A stretch of 64,000 bases of DNA from Octopus sinensis (taxonomy: Eukaryota), in assembly GCF_006345805.1 (NCBI RefSeq), contig NC_043005.1, forward strand, positions 29,078,001 to 29,142,000. Direction: 5' to 3'. A program made the translations under genes and the position numbers. The notes beneath the pieces are model-generated. The model was not told the DNA's origin. It did not search any database and saw nothing but the letters and a program-made list of their open reading frames with translations. Shown piece after piece: positions 1 through 12,543 of this stretch (its first letter is position 1; each line of letters starts with the position of its first letter).

Positions 1-9
1 TTTTGTTGA

Positions 10-240
10 ACAGAAAGGGGGAAGGAGAGGGTAGGGAGGGAAGAAGAAAGAAAGAATGGAAGGAAGGAAAAAAGGAGAAAGAAAGAAAGAAGGAAACAAT
101 GAAGGAAAGAACAAGAAAGAAAAAAAGAAAACGAAATAAAGAAAGGGAGGGAGAAAACAGGAAAGAAAGGAAGAGGGAGAAAGAAAGAAGACAGACTAAA
201 AGAGAGGAACTATTACAGAGGGTGAGAGAGTATATATGTA
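10..240. repeat. Purine-rich (GAAA/GGAA) simple repeat
   Basis: Almost exclusively A/G; ORF 3..371 is a product of it. Confidence 0.85.
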
Positions 241-1736
241 AGCAAAAGAATGAGAAAAGGGAGAGAATTGTTTGGAAACTGCAGTTTTTAGAGAAAAACC
301 TGTGTAAAACACCCTCTTTCCCAGTTTCTTGCTTTATGCGGGAGCTCTGGGAAAAAAATTATAGTGCATGACCATCCTTGGCACATAAGTAATGTGTATG
401 TAAAGTTTGGTGAAAATCAGTTGGAGACTGTAGAAATGCATACATATTACACACACAGACATCCTTTGTTTTATGTGTGTAGATAACTTTCATGTAAATT
501 CTTTGTCTCTTCTGCCAGAGTGGTAAATTTACTAGATGAACTCTTTTATTACCATATTTTGGTTTTTCATGTTAAAACAAGTTGTATCAGGGAACCAGAG
601 ATGGTCTTTTGTCAAAAGTTTAACAAACATAACGGAAAGATCTGGAAGCTAATTCATATTTCTATTCAAGTACACTGCCTTTGTTTCAATTGATTTTGAA
701 AATGATGCAGAAAATATAAAAATAACTTTCTCATTATTAAGTTAGCATTTGGTATATATAATGAGGAGTTTTGATGGCAAGTTTTAATTTAGATCACTTC
801 AAACCAGGGAATTTGTATCACTAAACTATAGTGATTTCTGGTGGTTGGTATCAAAAGGGTTCAATTAAATCATAAATACCTTAATTGATATGAAAATTAG
901 ATTTCTTAAACTCTAAAAGTATATAAATCTCTCCACTGAAATCTAGACATCTGTTGTAATTTATAGTTATGCCTTATTTCTAGATATTTATGCTATAATA
1001 AAGAAAGCTGCTTATTAATTAGTTTGGAGTATGTTAACTTTTACTAAGAAAATGTAATTTCCAAAATGTAGACTGTCTAGAAAATTCTTATAAATTCCAA
1101 TTTTAATATTTTTTTTTTTTATCAAAATGTGGTTCACAAGATTTTTATTATTGAAGATTTCAACTTTGCAATTCAATCCTAAAGCTAATTTTTATTCACT
1201 GTAACATAGCCATCTTAGATTTTCTTTTTAATGTTTCTGTTTATACTTCAGGAAATATAAAGGTTGCTCAAATATTTGCAACACTGCTTTCTACAGACAT
1301 CTTAGTGAAAACATTTCTCCAGATTATAAGCTTAATCCAGTTTCAGTTAAACTATTTTGATTCCACTAAACTTTCATATTTGTTGGGTTTTGTTGCAAAA
1401 AATAGAAAAGCCGAGTATGAAAACTGGTTTCCATTTGCTTGGGTCAGTTGTACCAAATATAAACTTGTCCACAATGACTTATATCTAGATATGCTGTTAT
1501 ATTTTATGGTGTCATTTAGTTTATTTGTAAGGTGGTGAGCCAGCAGAATCATTGGCATGCTGGACAATATAGTGGCATTTTGTCTGTGGTTACGTTCTGA
1601 CTTTGCTTTTCATCCTCTCAGAGCTGATGAGATAAGTACCAGCTATGTGCTGGGGTCAATGTAATCAACCAACCTCTCCCTGAATTTGCTGGCCTTGTGC
1701 CAAAATTTAAAATCATTTTATGAGTTACAGTTTATC

Positions 1737-2077
1737 TTTTACTTATTTCAGTCATTGGACTGTGGCCATTCTGGGGCATCACTTTGAAGGGTTTTTAGTT
1801 GAACAAATTAACACCAGGACTTTTTTTTAAAGCCTGGTACTTATGCTATGAGTCTCTTTTGCCAAATTGCTAAGTAATGAGGACAGACACAGACATAAAC
1901 ACACATACATATATATATATACACACACACACGACGGGCTTTCAGTTTCTGTCTATCAAATTAATTCACAAGGCTTTGGTCATCCCAAGGCTACAGAAAA
2001 TACTTGCTCAAGCTGCCACACAGTGGGACTGAACACAGAACCATGTGGATGGGAAGCAAGCTTCTTACCACACAGCC
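1737..2077 (-). mobile_element. tRNA-derived SINE family A (CORE-like TTGGGCAAG motif, internal microsatellite)
   Basis: Head gtggctgtgtggtaagaagcttgcttccc..ggttc..gttcagtccc; further copies near 6.9-7.0, 13.3, 24.9, 30.1-30.8, 32.5, 36.4, 44.0, 52.35 and 58.1 kb. Confidence 0.75.
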
Positions 2078-2189
2078 ACACATATGCCTATAATAATTTT
2101 CTTTTGATATTGTTTATTACTAATTACTGGTTTATTTAAGTTGTCTTATTATGAAATCAACTGAATCCAGATTCATTTTATTTTTCCAG

Positions 2190-2261
2190 AGAGCTGAATA
2201 CATAGCCACAGGTAATCCCTGTCCAATATGTCGAGATGAATTCCTTGTTTTACACCACACG
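2190..2261 (+). CDS. MRPS18B: Mitochondrial ribosomal protein S18B, internal exon (RAEYIATGNPCPICRDEFLVLHHT); upstream exons not found in window
   Basis: tttttccag acceptor and gtaatt donor; GNPCPICRD motif characteristic of MRPS18B; phase 0/0. Confidence 0.92.
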
Positions 2262-2629
2262 GTAATTACTTATTGTTTTCAGCATTGATGTGTGTGTATG
2301 TCTTGACATCATGTGGTGATCTTTCTAGTCTTCCATGGCGAAATATTGCCTCACTTGAAAATAAGTGAGTGTTGGTGACAGGAAGAGCATCCAGGCATAA
2401 AAACTTTGCTTCAACAAATTCTGTCTGATTCATGGAAAAGCTAAAATGATGATAGATGTGTATGTATATATCATAATTTTTAATAAGCAGAAATAAAGTG
2501 ACCCAAGGGATGAGAATTTCATGCATGGCACTTATCAAGTTTACCTCATATGCAACCCCTGGTCCTTGTGTCACTTTATAATTTTCTGTCAGTTAAAAAA
2601 TAAAAGTTTATATTTCCATGCATTGAGTT

Positions 2630-3008
2630 CTATCTCTCCTGTTGGTTCTACCTTCGTGGCACAGTTACGACGACGAGGGTTCCAGTTGATCAGATCAATG
2701 GAACAGCCTGCTTGTGAAATTAACATGTAAGTGGCTGAGCACTCCACAGACACATGTACTCTTAACATAGTTCTCGGGGAGATTCAGCATGACACAGAGT
2801 GTGACAAGGCTGGCCCTTTGAAATACAGGTACAACAGAAACAGGAAGAAAGAGAAAGTTGGGGTGAAAGAGTACAGCAGGGTTCGCCCCACCCCCTGCCG
2901 GAGGTTCGTGGAGCTCTAGGTGTTTTCTTTCAATAAACACAACGACCAGTCTGGGAATCGAAACCCTGATCCTATGACCGCAAGTCCACTGGGCCATTGC
3001 GCCTCCAC
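2630..3008 (-). mobile_element. tRNA-derived SINE with a conserved central domain (Nin/Deu-like, family assignment uncertain)
   Basis: A box TGGCCCAGTGG, B box GTTTCGATTCC; core gtggctgagcactccacagacac shared with 40020-40335; 3' region resembles 22245-22500. Confidence 0.7.
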
Positions 3009-3339
3009 ATTAGTTCTACCAAACCTGTAATGTGTATGTATATATCATCATCATCATCGTTTAACGTCCGTTTTCCGTGCTAGCACAGGTTGTAATATAT
3101 ATATATATATATATATATATTACACATAGCTATAAAACAATGTCCCAATAATAAATATGTCTAACCCAAGGAAACAAATGGTTGCACCCCTTATTAAGAC
3201 CTTTATAAATTTCACCTCTTTTACTTACCCCAACTATATTTTGTACCTTTTTGTCTCAGATTTACACTTAAGAACAATAATTCCCCAATTTCTGCCAGGC
3301 GACATTTGTTACTCATTCTGTGTTTTATTTGTGTTAAAG

Positions 3340-3466
3340 AATGTGAAACTTCTGCAACAGTTCATCTGTCCACATAGTGGAGAAATTCTTCCTTCAATAA
3401 AAACCGGAATTTGTCAGCAAACATTTAGAACACTTCAAATAGAAGTAGCCATTGCCATTGATCTAG
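3340..3466 (+). CDS. MRPS18B: MRPS18B exon (NVKLLQQFICPHSGEILPSIKTGICQQTFRTLQIEVAIAIDL-G)
   Basis: Matches S18 core NVKLLxQFxxxHxG...TGxC; ttaaag acceptor, gtaagt donor, phase 0 to 1. Confidence 0.93.
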
Positions 3467-4051
3467 GTAAGTTCTTTTGTGTTCTTTTGGATTATTTTCT
3501 CTGGAATAATGTCTACTTTTGCATTGGCATTTAACTTTTGAGAGATGTACATTCAGCAATCTTTGTAGTAAGGATGAAACCCAGCACAGTTCCCTCAGAG
3601 CCATCAATGGAACAACTGTGACCTCGTCAACATGTTCGTCTCTCACACTAATAAAATAGATCAAATGATCCTTTCTTCTGTTAATGACCAATTGGTTGGA
3701 GTTAAAAACTAATTAGCAGATACGATGACATTAAAGGCAAGCCATAATTCAACTAAAAGTCTGTCTGAGGATGTGACAACATCTTTAATATTGGTGCCAT
3801 AATAAGATCCATAACTCTTTACCTTTGAAAGTTCTGTCACTATTTTTCATTGGGGTTGACCCCCAGTAAATCCTTTTCTAACATAACTGTCATAGTGAAC
3901 CTTATTTTAGTCAACATCCTTTTAAGAGGAATTGCACTTCTCTTAGATAGGAATGCAGAACTAATACTGATAGATTTAGCTTGAAGGTGGCCTTGATATT
4001 GCAAACTGATGGATTGTTTGATGCTCCAACTTTTCACCCTTTATAATAATA

Positions 4052-4496
4052 ATCATTTAACATCCGCTTTCCATGCTGGGATGGTTTGACTGGGGAGCCA
4101 GATGGCTGCACCAGGTTCCAATCTGATCTGGATGCCCTTCATAATGCCAACCACTCCAAGAGTGTGATGGGTGCTTTTACATGCCACCAGCACGAGGGCC
4201 AGTCAGACGGTACTGGCAATAGCCACGCTGAAATGGTGTTTTTTATGTGTCACCTGCACAGGAGCCAGTCCAGCAGTACTGGCCACAACCTCACTCAAAT
4301 GTTTTTCACATGCCACCGGCACAAGTGGCAGTAAGGTGACGCTGGTAATGATCACGCTCAAATGGTGCTTTTTTACGTGCCACCGGCACAGGGGCCAGTC
4401 AGTGGCCCTGGCAACATCACGCTCAGATGGTGTTCTTAAAGCTCCACTAGCACGGATGCCAGTCATGCGGTGCTGTTACTGAATTTGATTTCGCTT
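4052..4496 (-). mobile_element. RTE-tailed non-autonomous retroelement (family B) with internal ~55-nt VNTR
   Basis: catttaacatccgctttccatgctgg tail; repeats of gtgcttttacatgccaccggcacg..gccagtc..ggcactggcaa. Confidence 0.75.
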
Positions 4497-4731
4497 ATAA
4501 TAATCCTTTCTACTGTAGGCAGAAGGCTTGACATTTGATTTGAACTCAGAATGTAGAGATTAATGGAATGTCCCTAAACATTTTGTCTGGCATCTTAACA
4601 GTTCTGCCAGTTTGCTGCCTTAATAATAATGGTTTCAAATTTTGGCAGAGCACCAGCAGTTTTTGAAAGGATGCAACAGTCAATTACATCAACCCTACTC
4701 CTTGATCGACTCCAGGAGGATAAATTACAAA

Positions 4732-5106
4732 AAGTTTGGGCGATCCTTTGTTTTGAGTCGAATTTCCATGACCACGTGTTGTCATGTCAACTGTTAGTTG
4801 ACATATTGAAATGGAAAGAGAAAGCTAATGCGTTCTGCATGCGTGCTTGTTCCTCTGTGTGTGTGAGTGTGTGCATGCTTGTTCCTCTGTGTGTACATGC
4901 TTGTACACAGACAGAGGAACAAGCATGCATATACACACAGGAACAAGCACACACTCAAACAAGAACAAGCACGCATGCAAAACTCATTAGCTTTCTCTTC
5001 CCATTTCAATACATCAACTGACAGTTGACGTGACAAGACGTGGTCACGGAAACTACCAAATTCATTGTTTACATTTTTCAAGTCAAAACGAAGGATCACC
5101 AAAGTT
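4732..5106. mobile_element. Fold-back MITE-like palindrome in the last MRPS18B intron
   Basis: Opposite-strand ORFs 4629..5021 and 4794..5102 give near-identical peptides (DHVLSxQLxVDxLKWxEKANxFCMRACS). Confidence 0.75.
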
Positions 5107-5220
5107 CATACAGTATTAAGATGAAAATTGGCAAAGTTGTTAGATAATTTATCTTACACTGCATTTTCATTTAACCTTCTCCAGATCAAATTATTAATAC
5201 TGATTCCTCTTATCTTACAG

Positions 5221-5279
5221 GTTTAATAGAAATGATGGTACCATTTCGGAAATACAACTACAGTGATTATATTGATTGA
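5221..5279 (+). CDS. MRPS18B: MRPS18B terminal coding exon (G-LIEMMVPFRKYNYSDYID*)
   Basis: tatcttacag acceptor; phase 1 fits previous exon; GLI..VPFRxYxYSxY resembles invertebrate S18B C-termini; AATAAA at 5281 and 5338. Confidence 0.85.
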
Positions 5280-5474
5280 AAATAAATATTTCTCTACCAT
5301 TAAAAAATATTCCGTCATTCTTTTAACCATTTCCTGCAATAAAACACAAAAAGAAAAAAAAGCCAGACTTTCACTTCACTAATAATAATTTATTATATAA
5401 TAGAATATTGTTGTTGTTTTTTTGTAGTTTTGTTTTTGGCATTCATTTTTTTTCACCCCCCACCCCACTACTAA

Positions 5475-5635
5475 TCATACTATTGAAATACCAGGAGTTG
5501 TAGGGTTTCGTAACATCGAACTGTCCAGTTGCATCTCTGCAGTGTCTAATGGCGGCAGGTTATTAGTTAAGCTGTTCACTCCAACAATCTCACTTGATAA
5601 TGCTGTTTCTTTTATCATTGATTCTGGCAAATATT
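5475..5635 (-). CDS. TSC1: TSC1 terminal coding exon 21 (E-YLPESMIKE...PGISIV*)
   Basis: Strong acceptor cttctttgcag; phase 1 fits; open to TGA at 5475; minus-strand AATAAA at 5394-5389. Confidence 0.78.
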
Positions 5636-5909
5636 CTGCAAAGAAGAGAAGTTTCGTTTTAAAATACATCTTTTCACATATGGCTTTCTCTTTGTATTTT
5701 AACATATTTCATATTAAAAAGTTTATGAAACACATGGAATATTAGGAAGGGCATCCAGCTGTAGAAACCATGCTAAAATAGACAGTTCTCCAGCTGGCCT
5801 GTCACACTGTCCAACCCATGCCACTATGGAAAGTGGACACTAAACAAGGATATATATATATATAATCAAAAAATAAGCAACCAGATTCATTCTTGTCGCT
5901 TATTTTTTG

Positions 5910-5945
<36 letters not shown>

Positions 5946-5959
5946 CATATACATACATA

Positions 5960-6812
5960 CAGAGGGTGTGGTGAATAAACTGTTGTCTGAATTATGCAAA
6001 AATAAAAATAACACTGACATCTCATTTTAATAGATATATTTACCAAACTTACATAAAAAGATCTTTAAATACCAAAGAGTAAATGTATTCAATAAAATCG
6101 CCATTGGCTTCAACCACAACCTCCAGACGACTTCAGAATCTCCTGCAACTCTTTTGGGCAGTCTCCTTGTTTAAGTTGGTGAATGCTGCCATAATCTTTG
6201 CCTTCAGTTCATCTTGGGTGTGTTACAAGGAGTTTTGTTGGTCTCTCTCTCTCTCTCAGTTGTGTCCCACACATAATAATCTATGGGGTTGCAGTCTGGG
6301 GAGTTAGGTAGCCAGATGTTAGGGGTAATGTGTTCACAGAAATTGTCTGATAATCACGACTGGGTTCTCCTGCTTGTGTGGCATAGCGCAGAGTCCTGTT
6401 ACCAGACACACGGTCTTCCAGCGGTCCACCCTCTTGAACCAGGGCACTACCTCCCTGTTGAGTCTGAGGCCATGTGAGAAGATGAATGGAGTAATAGCGT
6501 CACCATCACTAGTGATCCCTCCAAATACCATTATGTCCAATTGGATGTTTGATTTTTATCACTCTCTGTACATGTCTTCAGATTGACACCCAAACACTCT
6601 GAAATGTTCATATTGGCGCTTCCAGCATGAATACCAAATAGTACAGCATGTCATTTCCAAATTTCTAGTAGAGTGAATTATGTCATGGTGCTGTTTTTTT
6701 CATATATGGTGCCCAACTAACCCTATTACACTGTGTAGTCGACAAAATCAAAAACAATGTGCATGCTCAAAATTAAAAATATAAAATGGCAACAATTAAC
6801 CCATCATTCTCT
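5960..6812 (-). mobile_element. Internally deleted IS630-Tc1-mariner (maT/DD37D-like) transposon relic
   Basis: IMVFGGITSDG motif and WxPNSPDCNPIDYYVWG-type C-terminus on minus strand; degenerate TIRs. Confidence 0.7.
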
Positions 6813-7134
6813 CTCTCTCTATATATATATAAAAGCATGAAATTGTAATGATCTTTTGGGTGTTGACTGATGAAGAATAAGCTACAAATTTTTTGTTGTC
6901 TTTCAGTCTCTATCACATCTACTCACAAGATCTTGGTTGGCCTGGGGCTATAGCTGAAGATGCTTGCCCATGGTGCCGTGCAGTGGGATTGAACCTGGGG
7001 CCATGTGGTTGGGAAGTAAACTTCTTAATATACTTCCATCCCTGTGTGTAGGTAAACACACACATGAAAAAGCAGAAAACATAAATGAAACAAATATTTA
7101 ACATCTCAAAGGTAACAAGAAAACTAAACTTTAC

Positions 7135-7249
7135 CATTTTTCTGTAGAGCTTCTTTCTTCAGGACTACAATTTCTCCTCGCAATTTTAAGATATGAGACT
7201 GTAAATTCTGGTTTACTTTCATAACACTGTCAAATTTGGCTTCACTCAC
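7135..7249 (-). CDS. TSC1: TSC1 coding exon 20 (VSEAKFDSVMKVNQNLQSHILKLR...)
   Basis: tctttacag/gtaaag; aligns with human [23 protein letters not shown]. Confidence 0.87.
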
Positions 7250-7693
7250 CTGTAAAGAATAAAGGGAGAAAGTCACTTGATGTCCAATCTACCGCCAACT
7301 TAATTACCTTATTATCTTAAGCACTCTTCTAATCATTTAGTTTCTGAAAGATAAAAACTGAAAAATATTAAAGCAGAAAGAATAGTTTCCTTGTAGCAAG
7401 ACAGCAAAGTTGAATCTCATTGCAGCCATGGCATCCTTAGATAAGGAACACAACCAATTGGCTTGGAGTCTTGTGAATTGCATGGCATCTTTACTAGAGC
7501 TGGTAGCATGAAAAAAGCACCGAGTACATGCTGAGAGGAGGTTGGCATTAGGAAGAGCATCCACCTGCAGATACCATACGAAAGCAGACAGTTGAGTTGG
7601 GACAGTGTTTAGACTCATCAGATTTTATCAAACCACCCAATTCATGTCAGCAGAGTCAGTAAAATATTCCAATATATTCTTCAGTCAACTTAC

Positions 7694-7762
7694 TCGAATT
7701 TGTTCTCCAAACTTGTTCCTGACATTATCCAGACATTTCTTCAGCTCTTCAACAGTAATGTC
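7694..7762 (-). CDS. TSC1: TSC1 coding exon 19 (DITVEELKKCLDNVRNKFGEQIR)
   Basis: ttattttag/gtaagt; aligns with human KDHLLLEQKKYLEDVK region. Confidence 0.87.
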
Positions 7763-8277
7763 CTAAAATAAACAAACAAGAAATTAATTTAGTATTGTTG
7801 TTGCTGATGTTGTAATGTTAACAACAGACATACCTATTAATGTCACAATAACTAACATCATATTTGTACAAATATTGTCATAGAAGTACAGTTAATACCA
7901 TAGTAGTACAAGGATTGTCATAACAGTATAGCTAATGTCGTCATAGAACAGGCAAGATCATAGTTGAACAGGTTATGTCAATACAACAGGTAAAAGTATA
8001 GCAGTAGCTAATGCTGTAAAAGAAAAGGTAAAAATCAAAGCAGTCCAGGTATTGTCATAGCAATAGAGATAATGTCATAAAAGGACAGGTGAGGTCAGTA
8101 GTACAAGTACTGTCATAGCAGTATAGATAATGTCATAATAGGCAAGGTCATAGTAGTGCAGATAAATGCCAAAATCATTCAGGTAGTCTTATTACATATT
8201 GTAAGAGGACAGGTAATGCCATGGCACTATAGAAAATATACAGAAAGATTGTAATCAATAAATTAGCTAAGAAATAC

Positions 8278-8366
8278 TTTAGACTTGTTGTTTTCGTCAA
8301 GTTCTTGCCACCTGGACTTCCAGTTCTCAGCCACAACTTCCCTTTGTTGCAAACATTTTTTCAATT
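8278..8366 (-). CDS. TSC1: TSC1 coding exon 18
   Basis: tttgtttctag/gtattt; phase 1 to 0; open frame. Confidence 0.8.
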
Positions 8367-9408
8367 CTAGAAACAAAAAAATTGGTAAAGAGAAAAAAAA
8401 CAACATCCAGACAATTAAAAACATATTTACAGTTTACTGACATAACAGTGTTAGACATGTGGCTCTAACATGGCTTTAGATTAGTTACAGTAATGTTCTA
8501 CATGTGAATCATAACATATTTGGCTGACATAATGTTTTACATGTGACTGTGTGGTATCTTGAGCAAGTGTCTTCATCAATAGCCCAGGACAACCAAAGCT
8601 TTGCAAATGAATTAAGTAGACAGAAACTGAAAAATTATATATATAATGTGATTGTGCCACGTCAAAAACACTCAGCCCACTCTGTGGAGTGGTTGGTGCT
8701 AAGATGGGCATCCAGCCATAAAAAAAATCTGCCAAAACAGACAGAGAGGTATGGTGCAGTCTTCTGCCTGGCCAACTCCTATCAAACTGTCCAACCCATG
8801 CCAGCATAGGAGGACATTAAACAAGGATGATGAAATATATATATATACATACACACACAGTGTGTGCATGTATGTATATATAATGTGTATGTTTCATTGC
8901 TTTGACATCATGTGATGGTTGTAAATGAGTGACACTATTACACAAGTGGCAGGATTCATTTCCAATCTTTGGTGAGAAAATGTCCAGCCAAGGGGAAATA
9001 GTTCCTTACTTGAAGGTGAAGGATAGTGACTGGGAGGGTATCCAGCTTTAGAAAATCTGTCTCATTGAATTCGATCTGACCCATGCAAACATGTAAAAGT
9101 GGACATTATGATGACTTGTAACACAACTGCAAATTACAGACACAGCGATGCTCTACATGTGACAATGTGACCATTTTATTTTAATGTATCCTCAATTTCT
9201 CACCATGCTCCTTGTCTAAAACATAAAGTAACACCAAATTTCTCCATATACAACACATTATATCATTTGCCATCAATGTCAGGAAGGTTGCCCACTTCAA
9301 TTGACCGTTATCTGTGTGACAGTCACCTTATATTTATGTGAAAATGGTAACGAGGAGTTATTTTGTACAGAGATAAGAGAGCAATTAAAACAAATTCACT
9401 GGGTTTAC

Positions 9409-9550
9409 CTTGTGTTTCTTCTTCCAATGTGTTCACATAATGCTGTCTCTTTTCTTTCTCATTACACTGATAATAAACACCATCCAGCTTCTCCTGGTAT
9501 CGTTGCTGGAGTTCTCCCATCAGAAGTAACTCCTTCTGTAGTAGGAACAT
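9409..9550 (-). CDS. TSC1: TSC1 coding exon 17 (MFLLQKELLLMGELQQRYQEKL...)
   Basis: Matches human [22 protein letters not shown]; gtaaac donor. Confidence 0.9.
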
Positions 9551-10422
9551 CTATCAAAGACACACAGTCAAACATTCAATAATTAGTCATAACAGAATTC
9601 AGTTTAAATAGCTGTAAACACAAAGCAAGTCATTGCTGATTTTTAACCCCAGGTTAGCTTTGACTGAGCAGGTCTATGATCAAAGGTGCTGTCACCAAGA
9701 CCATTCTGTCTTTTTGTGTAAAGGGGTCTACACCATTTAACATACAACTCTTATTCCCACCCACCCTTCTATGGAGTGGTCATGTATCTCCTCTATAGCA
9801 AGACATCCGTTCCTGTTCTTCCATCAGATTTTAACCTCTCAATATCTGGCATGAAACTGCCTTCTTCCTCTATACAACACTCAGTCAAGGGTTTTTTTCT
9901 TTTAGATTTGCAAGGCAAAATGGCAATGTCAGAATGATGGTGCTAGAGGTGGAGGAAGCACTAAATACACTCTGTAGTATTATGGAGGGCATCCATCTGT
10001 AGAAAACATGCCAGAGCAGACATTGGAGTACGAGATGCAATTCTCAGACTCACTGAAGCCTGCTGAATGGTCTAAGCCATGCCACCATGGAAGATTAATG
10101 TTAAATGATGATGATGATGAAGAAGTGTGATTTGAGGAAGACTTTGTTATTTAAACCCCCTTGTTAGCTTCTGGTTGAGCAGACCTATGTGATTAAAAGC
10201 AATCCAGTAATGACCATCTCATCATTGCTCTCTATGTGCATAGAACCCAAAATGACATCCAACGATCCTTTTCTAAGATAGCAAGGTGTGATTCGAGGGA
10301 GGTTTAGCTGCTGTTTATAGTGGGTGAAAAACATAGATTCCCTTCTTAGCACTCAGTTATTATTGTTGCTGGTGATGGTGATGATGATGATAAAATGCCT
10401 AGCTTTTCTGTCAGTAACTTAC

Positions 10423-10518
10423 CTGTTCTTTCAATTTTTCTTTATCTGAAACTTGTTTTTTCATTAGTTCCAACCTTTTCTCAGCTTGGAACAATTTCTG
10501 GTTTGCCTCTTGAAAATT
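10423..10518 (-). CDS. TSC1: TSC1 coding exon 16, coiled coil (NFQEANQKLFQAEKRLELMKKQVSDKEKLKEQ)
   Basis: tttatttag/gtaagt; phase 0/0. Confidence 0.87.
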
Positions 10519-11449
10519 CTAAATAAAAATGAATACATAAAATATAAGATTAAACACTGAAACCTCTCACCACCACCACCACAATAATACACAGAAATCA
10601 AATAATTCTCTAAATTGGCAATTACTTTGAATTAATTGTAGAATGTAACATTTTCCTGCAAATGCCTTCCAGTTGTAGAGTTGTAAACTTTCTCAGAAGC
10701 ATCACCAACTTTTTCTCTCCTTCCAGCTGGAGTAATCGTGTATCTCCACTAGAGCAAGACACCTGTTGCTGTTCCTCAACAGCTGGCAAAAAGCCACCTC
10801 CATCTCTACTAAAACCTCCACTCAGTTGGAGGAGGAAGCTTGTCTTGCAAGTTATTTCATGATCTCACTGGTGATGGTGCCATGAAAAAAGAAACAGCAA
10901 GCAGTACAGTAACATGGTTGGAACCAAGATGGACATCCAGTCATAGAAACCATTCAAAAGCAGATGTTGGAACTTGACATGCTTTTCTGGGATGTCAGAT
11001 TCTGTTGAATCATCCAACCAATGCCAGCATGGAAGATGGATATTAAATGATGATCAACTTGATGAACTTACACACACACACAGGTGCAAGTGGCTGTGTG
11101 CTTCTCCAATGACATGTTGCATGTGTATATGTACTTTTGTCTTGACAATGTGTTGGTTGTAAAGGAATATGATTGTCATACAAGCAATGTTGTTAGTTTC
11201 CAGTCTGCCATGAAGAAACCTTATCTAGCCTGGAAATATGTGAGGGTTGGCAACAGGAAGGGCATCTGTCTGTAAAAATAATCTGTCTCAACAAATTCTG
11301 TCTGACCCATGCAAACATGGAAAAGTGGGTGTTAGATCATGATGATAGACATGCACACACACATCACCCTGCTTCTTCAGTCTCAATATCAACACAATAT
11401 CAAAGTGTACAAGAGTCTTGTTAAAGAAATTCAAAATAAAAATACTCAC

Positions 11450-11546
11450 ATTTCTATCTTCTTTTGCCATTTTTTCTCTTTCACTGAGATCATTTTTCAA
11501 AAGTTCATTTTCAGCTTTCAATTTCTCACAGAATGCCTGACATACT
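11450..11546 (-). CDS. TSC1: TSC1 coding exon 15, coiled coil
   Basis: ttcttctcag/gtgagt; phase 2 to 0; heptad-like VCQAFCEKLKAENELLKNDL. Confidence 0.85.
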
Positions 11547-12153
11547 CTGAGAAGAAAAATAAAGTTGTTTTAACAAATATTGGTTAACGTGTTAGTCACA
11601 CACACACACAAGCAGTTGAGGCTGTATTTAATTAAAATCATCATCTATTTAACATAATGTAAACACACTGTATATAGTCCAGTTAATACAATATTTGCTC
11701 TGAGATAATATCTCTTGACATGTTAAAGACACAATATCAGAGAGAGATGAAAATTCATCCAAGCTGCATTTTGGCCTTTTTAATGGTGCCAGTCAGCCAC
11801 AGACTCAGATGAGAATTTGGATTTCTGATATTGGAAAAAGTGAATAAAACATTTACTGATGTTGTGAATAGCCACTTGGCTGAATAAAAATGTATATGCA
11901 ATTGAGGCAGTATTTAATTAAAATAGTCATCTATGTATCATACTTAATGTATACACACTGGTGATAGTATTAGTCTGGGCAGCTATGTGCAGCATCAGTG
12001 AATGTTTTATTCACTTCTTCCTATATCAGTGATAATGTAGAAAGTGGGATGGTCATGACTGGAACAGCTTTGATTATAGGTCTGAGATTAAATAACAATT
12101 GTCATAACCAGATACATTAATTAAATGTCGTAATTAAGAATAAAATAGCTTAC

Positions 12154-12284
12154 TTCAATTTCTCAATAGATGAATATTGATTTTTATCTTCAGTCTGTTT
12201 TAGTTGGCAATTAACTTCCTGCAGTTTCTTGATTGTTTCTTGTAAATCACGGATCTCTTTCTCTTGGAGACGCAATTGATCCAA
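12154..12284 (-). CDS. TSC1: TSC1 coding exon 14, coiled coil (LDQLRLQEKEIRDLQ...)
   Basis: Matches human DQLKLQEKDI; ttcttccag/gtaagc. Confidence 0.9.
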
Positions 12285-12543
12285 CTGGAAGAAGAAGAAA
12301 CAGTAAACTGACTGAATTCTCAATACAACAAAGTCTCTCAAATGATGAAATAACTATTGGTTGTTGGATGTTAACAAACTGAAGTATAATTGTGCAGTAT
12401 TACCTATAACTAACTCTTACAGCCTTCCTTTACCATCTTTCATAAGCTGCACACAAACATGATTTGCACCTCTCTTAAACATCTCAAGCCAGACCTGTAT
12501 TACATGAAATGACAGGGACCTTGAGAATGTCTTTCAATGGGGA

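Noticed and set aside
3-371. 122-aa K/E/R-rich ORF
   Set aside because: Translation of a purine simple repeat running into a repeat fragment.
1251-1538. ORF after a good acceptor, as a possible upstream MRPS18B exon
   Set aside because: No frame resembles the expected YRRNxKG...RKTCI segment.
4052-4496. ~55-nt repeat arrays as a CRISPR array
   Set aside because: Eukaryotic context, no unique spacers and no cas genes; it is a retroelement VNTR.
10662-10862. GC-richer ORF-like segment between TSC1 exons 15 and 16
   Set aside because: No phase-compatible splice sites; contiguous with a retroelement tail.
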